DNA of 64,000 nucleotides from a plasmid: sequence record NZ_CP092205.1; one strand, 5' to 3'. Shown piece by piece: positions 52,577 to 64,000 of this stretch (position 1 is its first letter; each line of letters starts with the position of its first letter). The notes under the pieces were generated by a model. It saw only the letters and a program-made list of their open reading frames with translations, ran no database searches and was not told where the DNA came from. The position numbers and the translations under genes were made by a program.

Positions 52577-52864
52577 ATGAAAAAACCGAATATCGATTGG
52601 CAAAAAGAGTTTGAAGATTTTTCCAAAAGCGGACTTTCCCAGCCTCAGTATTGTAAAGAAAAAGGGATTAAATATACGACGTTTCGTTACCATTGGGAGA
52701 GACGATTAAAAAAACAGGACAAAGACGGCTTTGTAGAAGTGCCTCACTCAGCATTAAACGTTAGCTCTGCTTCAGGGTCTGAATTTTTGACTCTAAAAAT
52801 AGATTCGTCAGGTAAGGCGCATCTTCAAATGAATCTTCAGTTTAGTCTTGGTATATGGAGCTAA
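52577..52864 (+). CDS. tnpA: IS66-family accessory protein TnpA (95 aa)
   Basis: Identical to 29818..30105. Confidence 0.7.
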   Translation: MKKPNIDWQKEFEDFSKSGLSQPQYCKEKGIKYTTFRYHWERRLKKQDKDGFVEVPHSALNVSSASGSEFLTLKIDSSGKAHLQMNLQFSLGIWS

Positions 52865-53202
52865 ACCCGGGTAGCAGAAAAGTGTATTTGAGACCTGGGG
52901 TCACAGATTTAAGGAAGTCAATCAATACACTTGCGATCATCGTAGAGGGCAGAATGAAGAAGGACCCATATTCAGAGAGCCTATTTTTATTCTGCAATCG
53001 TAAGAAGGACAAACTGAAAATGCTTTATTGGGACAAGAGTGGATTTTGTCTTTGGCAGAAGAGATTGGAAGAAAGCAAATTTCCGTGGCCGAACACGGAG
53101 GAAGAAGTTCAAAAGATTCCCGTGGAAAGATTTCATTGGCTATTGAACGGAATTGATTTTTTCAAGGAACACAAGAAACTAAAATATCAGAAAGTAAGCT
53201 GA
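52855..53202 (+). CDS. tnpB: IS66-family protein TnpB (115 aa)
   Basis: Identical to 30096..30443. Confidence 0.7.
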   Translation: MELNPGSRKVYLRPGVTDLRKSINTLAIIVEGRMKKDPYSESLFLFCNRKKDKLKMLYWDKSGFCLWQKRLEESKFPWPNTEEEVQKIPVERFHWLLNGIDFFKEHKKLKYQKVS

Positions 53203-53244
53203 AACGATTGACTAAAACTTTGTGTTGATTACAACTTCATCATC

Positions 53245-54906
<1,662 letters not shown>

Positions 54907-55773
54907 TCGCTTACCTTTATAACCTCCGGTTACTAAAACATTTCCATTAGATAAAAGATTCGCCACATGCAAAGTTCGAGAAACACTTAAACTTCCTGAT
55001 GAGGAAAATGTCAACGTGGTCGGATCAAAAAGCTCAGAAGTAGCGACAGTAGCTTGGCCATTATCCAATCCGCCAATGATTAAAATTTTACCATTGTTTA
55101 ATTTGGTAGAAGTATGAAGGCAACGATTGAAATTTAAATTACCAGCAGGAGCAATTGTAAGGTTAGTAGGATCAAATAGTTCTACACTTCTTAAAATAGA
55201 ATCTGCCTTTCCTCCTGCAATAAGCACTCTACCATCATTCAAAAGATCTAAACTAAAATCTGAACGGCCTTGATTTAAATTTGGCCCACTAATTATAGAA
55301 TTTGTTAAAGGATCGTAAATTTCAGTTTGAATTAAAGGAGGAGCAGCATTCGACGCCGCGCTTAACGGACTAGGATTACCGCCAACGATAAAGACTCTTC
55401 CATCCAATAGACGAATAGATTTAAAATTTGAACGCGCAAACCTCATGCTATTTACTTGAAATATAGTATTTTGAATAGGATCAAATTGAAAGATATCATT
55501 ATATACTTTGAAACCATTTTGACCGCCTATTATCAAAATATTATTCCCGATCGGGACAGAAACATGGCCATATCTACCATATTTCTGCGCATTAATTAAC
55601 AAAAGAGCAAGTAAACCTAATTTTTTAGTATCATCGTCATCTGATGGATTACATTGCAAAAAAAGAAATGCCCCAATCAGAAATTTAACAAATAAGTATT
55701 TCATACAACTACCGCGTTTTTATTTATAATTTATTATATCAATATTCAATTTTTTGAAAATTTTAAGACCTAT

Positions 55774-56511
55774 CTAATTCGGTGGTTCAACAGACTTGTT
55801 GTCCTCATCTAAGATCAGTCCAGAGCTGCTTTCATTTTCAGAAGGCGGCGGAATTGTTGGAGTCGCAGGTTCATCCGGAGCTGGCAATGGGCATGCTGGG
55901 GAAGGATAAACAATACATTCTCCGCACTGAATAACCCCTTGAACCATTTGACAAGTCGGGTTATCGTTTTTTGGTTTATTATTATCATTCGTGGTTCCAT
56001 TTCCCCCACTTTTTAAATACGGATTTGAAAAATAAATGATTTCCATAATATGGCTTCGCAGACTTCTTCTTTTTTCTCTACTTTTCAGTGCTTGGCCATT
56101 TTGATTATTACGAGTTGTTCTTTGTGTCCATTTTAGAATGCCCTTATAAGCGTTTTCTAAACCTTTCGTTATATCTTTCGCATTAACTTTCTTTCCTATA
56201 TAGCTACGATGAAAATCTTTTCCAATACTTTTTGTACTAGGTCTATTTCCATTATGAAAATCCTTCCCGATCGCATGACCAACAATCCGATTCACCATGT
56301 GCATCAAACCGGCAACGCTTACATGACCGCTCGGATCTCGATAACTCACCGGATTTCCAGCTCCGTCCGTGATCATCGTAATTGAGCCCAAATGATCCGG
56401 ATGATAGAAATACATTCCGGTTACCGACATTCCTCCCACACTTCCACCGCCTGTCATTCCTACTCCCGGGTTTTGAATACTAGAAACTCCAGGCGCAACA
56501 TTCGCTCCCAT
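55774..56511 (-). CDS. orphan Rhs C-terminal cassette (245 aa): Rhs core-end segment plus distinct C-terminal toxin-like domain
   Basis: MGANVAPGVSSIQNPGVG..MYFYHPDHLGSITMITDGAGNP..DPSGH parallels AMGANLNPSVTSIQNPGVG..MYFYHPDHLGSVQMITDGAGNP in the full-length rhs at 59595..63581. The downstream 180 aa are unrelated. Nucleotide homology with the main rhs continues about 40 nt upstream of the ATG. Confidence 0.5.
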   Translation of the reverse strand: MGANVAPGVSSIQNPGVGMTGGGSVGGMSVTGMYFYHPDHLGSITMITDGAGNPVSYRDPSGHVSVAGLMHMVNRIVGHAIGKDFHNGNRPSTKSIGKDFHRSYIGKKVNAKDITKGLENAYKGILKWTQRTTRNNQNGQALKSREKRRSLRSHIMEIIYFSNPYLKSGGNGTTNDNNKPKNDNPTCQMVQGVIQCGECIVYPSPACPLPAPDEPATPTIPPPSENESSSGLILDEDNKSVEPPN

Positions 56512-56581
56512 TGCAAGGAGCCAAGGAGGATCTCCTTCTTTATCGCCATTTCACCATCCACTAATTTAATTCTTACGAGAC

Positions 56582-57151
56582 TCAACTGAAACAAATATTA
56601 GTTAAAAAAATATTAACCGCTAATCCTATAACTTCGTTTTGTTTTTTTTCGACGTTTGAAAAAGGATACAATATTCCACCCCATAGAGAATAGTATGCAC
56701 TCCATGGAATTTTGATATCCAAGGCATGTATTTTCTGATTTTGCTTTGAATCAAATACAGCCATAGATATGTTGGAAATTCGATTAGAATGAATTGGAAA
56801 TATTCCCGCTGAGAGTGTCCCAACTATATTAAAAAAATTAAATGGTATGCTTGCCTCTTCCGAATATATCATCTTATATTTAAGATTATTTAATTTCTTA
56901 TTTGAAGATAGTTTAGTTTCTATATATGTTACCATCGTATCCCTATTTATATTATCAAAAAATCTAAATCTATCTTTTCTATTTTCATTTATTTTTTGAT
57001 CTGGAAATTCCAATTTAATTTCTGAAAAAGACATACAGGAATTCGTGATATTTGAATTAACCAGATGATCATAATTCTTAATTCTTCCTGTAAATACGCA
57101 GCCATGGAAAATGAAAATTGAAATGATTAACGTGCTAACTTTGTGAGTCAT
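56582..57151 (-). CDS. putative Rhs immunity protein (189 aa) with N-terminal signal/TM
   Basis: Starts 1 nt after the stop of the upstream orphan Rhs-CT. Hydrophobic N-terminus ending in Cys (IFIFHGCVF). Confidence 0.3.
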   Translation of the reverse strand: MTHKVSTLIISIFIFHGCVFTGRIKNYDHLVNSNITNSCMSFSEIKLEFPDQKINENRKDRFRFFDNINRDTMVTYIETKLSSNKKLNNLKYKMIYSEEASIPFNFFNIVGTLSAGIFPIHSNRISNISMAVFDSKQNQKIHALDIKIPWSAYYSLWGGILYPFSNVEKKQNEVIGLAVNIFLTNICFS

Positions 57152-57901
57152 CTAAAACATTCCTCCCGAAGACATTCCAATTCCAAAAGCCCCACCACCC
57201 GTGCCTGTTGTAGTTCCAACTACGCAGTTATAGGTCATTTGATAAGTTGTTATTGGATCATTAGTTGATAATGAACCTAAGTTCTTTTGAAAATGATTAT
57301 TCATAAAAACATATGCACACGCTTGTGAATTAGGAATATGTCGACGGGAATTAGAATAATCTATTAGATCTTCTGCATCTCTCCCAATTTTAGCCAACTG
57401 ATAAGCGATAATGTATGGGTTTTTGACAATTATTATAGTTACAATGCCTGCGACTGCGTCGCTTAAATCAATTGCCCATTTAACCATTTTCCGTTTAGAA
57501 TCAAGCTTCTCTTGATCCATGGCATTTCCCCACAGATAACCATCATACATACCGTCCATAGTTCCCGTTGTTAGATATCCTAAAATAGCTCCCTTAGTTG
57601 AGCTTTTCATTCCTCTAAGTTTCGTTGGATTATGAAAGAACGTTCCATTATGGAAAAAACGATTTCCGCCAGTCGAAATTCCATTTGCACTCAATCTTTT
57701 GTCCATGTCCTTCGAATCAAAATCCTTCCCGATCACATGACCGATCATCCGATTCACCATGTGCATCAAACCGGCACCGCTAACATGACCACTCGGATCA
57801 CGATAACTTACTGGATTCCCATCCATATACATATAACGATTCATACCATTCACATTAGTCGGCACAACAACAGAATCCGCTTGCAAGAACCTTCCTAACA
57901 T
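57152..57901 (-). CDS. orphan Rhs C-terminal cassette (249 aa) with distinct toxin-like domain
   Basis: MLGRFLQADSVVVPTNVNGMNRYMYMDGNPVSYRDPSG parallels ..MLGRFLQADSIVDQGIDGTNGYMYVGGNPIDRIDSTG at the Rhs core end of the main gene. Gly-rich C-terminus. Confidence 0.5.
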   Translation of the reverse strand: MLGRFLQADSVVVPTNVNGMNRYMYMDGNPVSYRDPSGHVSGAGLMHMVNRMIGHVIGKDFDSKDMDKRLSANGISTGGNRFFHNGTFFHNPTKLRGMKSSTKGAILGYLTTGTMDGMYDGYLWGNAMDQEKLDSKRKMVKWAIDLSDAVAGIVTIIIVKNPYIIAYQLAKIGRDAEDLIDYSNSRRHIPNSQACAYVFMNNHFQKNLGSLSTNDPITTYQMTYNCVVGTTTGTGGGAFGIGMSSGGMF

Positions 57902-58239
57902 TGGCTCGCAATACCTCGATTTGTAATAATATAAACCGGACTCTTTCTGTTATTGTAATTTTTGCGAGGCTCAGGTAAATTATTGCTTTCAACCGGCAAA
58001 GACTCACACCATACTTCTCTAGGTGCATTCCTATAGAAACTCGCAAAAACCATACGATCTTTCCCGCAAGACTTAAATAAATCCACATCATCAACAAAAA
58101 AGGATGATCTCGCCTTACGTGGCACTTTTACCTTTTTTACTTTACTCTCATCAAAATTGTCGACAAGCCGTACGCTATAAGTTCTACAAGATAGCCCAAG
58201 TAATATTAACGCCAATAAATACAATTTAATGCACTTCAT
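57895..58239 (-). CDS. small lipoprotein (about 114 aa from internal Met), immunity-like
   Basis: Internal start MKCIKLYLLALILLGLSCRTYS is a lipoprotein signal. The longer ORF-track start (58368) is hydrophilic and less plausible. Precedes the orphan Rhs-CT. Confidence 0.3.
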   Translation of the reverse strand: MKCIKLYLLALILLGLSCRTYSVRLVDNFDESKVKKVKVPRKARSSFFVDDVDLFKSCGKDRMVFASFYRNAPREVWCESLPVESNNLPEPRKNYNNRKSPVYIITNRGIASQC

Positions 58240-58543
58240 TTTCGGCTTCCTCACATTCAATTCCAACTGTGTGTGGACAAAAAAGCAATAATGTGCTTCC
58301 ACAGATAATTCCATTAAAAAAACTATCGTGCATATTGATAACTCGTATATTACTACTTGGGCAAACATTCGCTCTATTAAGACTGTTATCTAAAGATACC
58401 CAACCTGCTAAAAAGAACGCTTTAAAATAGATTGTTTCAGATTTTCTTGGCTTTTTACTGTCCAAAACTATATATCGATGATTCACACAAGAAATGCTTA
58501 ATAAGCCTGTGGCAATTGATAACACTGCAATAATTTTTTTCAT
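58226..58543 (-). CDS. small lipoprotein (105 aa)
   Basis: Signal MKKIIAVLSIATGLLSISC with lipobox. Lies about 135 nt downstream of repeat copy C, which points toward it. Confidence 0.35.
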   Translation of the reverse strand: MKKIIAVLSIATGLLSISCVNHRYIVLDSKKPRKSETIYFKAFFLAGWVSLDNSLNRANVCPSSNIRVINMHDSFFNGIICGSTLLLFCPHTVGIECEEAENEVH

Positions 58544-58677
58544 TTTTCCTCTTACTATAGTTATTAATCCATCGCGCTTGACGAAAGTGCCTCTTCGAGG
58601 TTACGTCTCTGAAGCACCTGTGGCAAGGAATTTAATCTATACGCCTTTTAATTTATCTATATTGCCGGAGGCGTAGC

Positions 58678-58763
58678 CTACTGATTCCTATAAAATAGAG
58701 TAACCGTTAATTTGAGCACAAATCCGCGTTTAGACGCAGAATTTTGGACACTCTATTATGTAG
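58678..58763 (-). repeat. copy C of ~90-bp repeat (minus orientation)
   Basis: Reverse complement ctacataatagagtgtccaaaattctgcgtctaaacgcggatttgtgctcaaattaacggttactctattttataggaatcagtagg, about 90% identical to copy B. Confidence 0.6.
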
Positions 58764-58873
58764 TAATTAGTAATTTCTATATTTTAGCTATTTTACGAAT
58801 GCTTAGACTTATCACACTATGCTTTCCCGTAATTGAAATAAGTGATCGTCCCTGAAAAAATAAGATTATAAAT

Positions 58874-59074
58874 TTAAAAGTTGCGAAAAAAGGAAAATTG
58901 ATCGAGAAACAAAAAGAAAGCTCGGAATGGCTTATTGAAATTACACCCTGAAGCAACTAAGATTGCATTGATACGATCTTCTTCTTTGCTTTTGAGAAAA
59001 TTACGAATCATATTGTGATCGTATTTGAAATGAGAAATGATTGACTCAATGGCAGATCTTTTGTTCATCCACAT
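58874..59074 (-). pseudogene. C-terminal fragment of a DDE transposase (IS remnant), 66-aa ORF
   Basis: ..RSAIESIISHFKYDHNMIRNFLKSKEEDRINAILVASGCNFNK resembles the conserved C-terminal helix of IS4/IS5-type DDE transposases. No intact upstream part. Confidence 0.25.
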
Positions 59075-59081
59075 CCTTTGT

Positions 59082-59113
<32 letters not shown>

Positions 59114-59252
59114 TTGGATTTTCTACTTTTCGCTCTATGTCTCGTTTTACGCAACCCAAATACGTTTTTAACCGTTTCGTCTCCTTGTTGGCCCGTTTAC
59201 TTTGTCTTGCATAAAGGCAACATAATTTAAAAGTGATTCTTTAAAAGAAAAT

Positions 59253-59522
59253 TTAAAATGGATGACTTGTATCACAATCATTCACACAGGTTTGCTTTGC
59301 ATCAACGCAAAACAAAGGATTATAGAATATGGAAAGAATTGGATTTTGACTTGTGCTTGTCTGCGGATTACTGTCCAACAAAGTCTTAAGCAATTCTGCA
59401 CCCATCAAGCAATCCATGACAGCAGTGTTGCATGAATTATCCAGGTAGCATTTGTGCCTTGGTGAAATGTATTCACTGCAACTAATTCCAAATAACAAAC
59501 TCAAAATTAGAATTCTCTTCAT
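59253..59522 (-). CDS. small Cys-rich secreted/lipoprotein (89 aa), candidate immunity protein for the full-length Rhs
   Basis: Signal MKRILILSLLFGISCSEY. 8 Cys. First gene downstream of the rhs stop. Confidence 0.3.
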   Translation of the reverse strand: MKRILILSLLFGISCSEYISPRHKCYLDNSCNTAVMDCLMGAELLKTLLDSNPQTSTSQNPILSIFYNPLFCVDAKQTCVNDCDTSHPF

Positions 59523-59594
59523 TACTCTCTCGGCTCCCTATATATACTTTTGAAAAAGATATATTAAAAATTTAAATTTTTCCAGAAACAATAA

Positions 59595-64000
<4,406 letters not shown>

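Overview
AT-rich window (roughly 35-40% GC by eye) with Leptospira-like lipoprotein signals (spirochaete guess; unverified). No rRNA, tRNA or CRISPR array was found by eye.

**nt 1-41,350: contractile-tailed prophage, apparently degenerate.** Gene order resembles P2 or Mu. It carries a ParB-like nuclease gene (5' end off-window), baseplate genes (gpJ-, gpI- and gpV-like, plus a LysM-containing hub-like protein), and a 1584-aa polyvalent protein combining an N6-adenine methyltransferase (motifs EPSAGKG and NPPF) with an HExxH zincin-like metallopeptidase. A candidate protease, scaffold and major capsid module is followed by sheath, tube, chaperone, tape-measure-like ORFs, fibre-like genes, a portal-like gene and a putative lysis cassette ending in a clear rho-independent terminator. 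Low-GC moron pockets hold a DUF3800 protein and a NYN-domain nuclease. One tail gene is split by an IS66-family element with an 8-bp target site duplication (TSD). The tape-measure region is split into two ORFs flanking a ~90-bp repeat, and a beta-propeller tail gene is frameshifted.

**nt 41,350-52,000: low-GC accessory island.** It contains a DndB-like DGQHR-motif protein translationally coupled to a 299-aa unknown partner, with a convergent Mrr-like nuclease; together these are a candidate undescribed defence module. Also present are an IS481-like element abutting the remnant of a diverged copy, a Rpn/YhgA-family PD-(D/E)XK nuclease with a tandem 3' duplication and an in-frame GIEK repeat, a membrane protein, an acyltransferase-like protein, an XRE regulator and two tandem AraC-type regulators.

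**Second IS66 copy (52,518-54,914).** It is nearly identical to the first and has its own 8-bp TSD. It splits a Kelch-repeat lipoprotein gene. The two copies are independent insertions, not a composite transposon.

**nt 55,700-64,000: Rhs/YD-repeat toxin locus.** The main rhs gene is 5'-partial and apparently frameshifted. It is followed by two orphan Rhs C-terminal toxin cassettes, small lipoprotein immunity-like genes and a transposase fragment.

**~90-bp repeat.** A repeat with internal 8-bp inverted repeats and a sigma70-like -35/-10 occurs three times (two copies in the prophage, one beside the Rhs orphans). Each copy points toward the gene immediately downstream.
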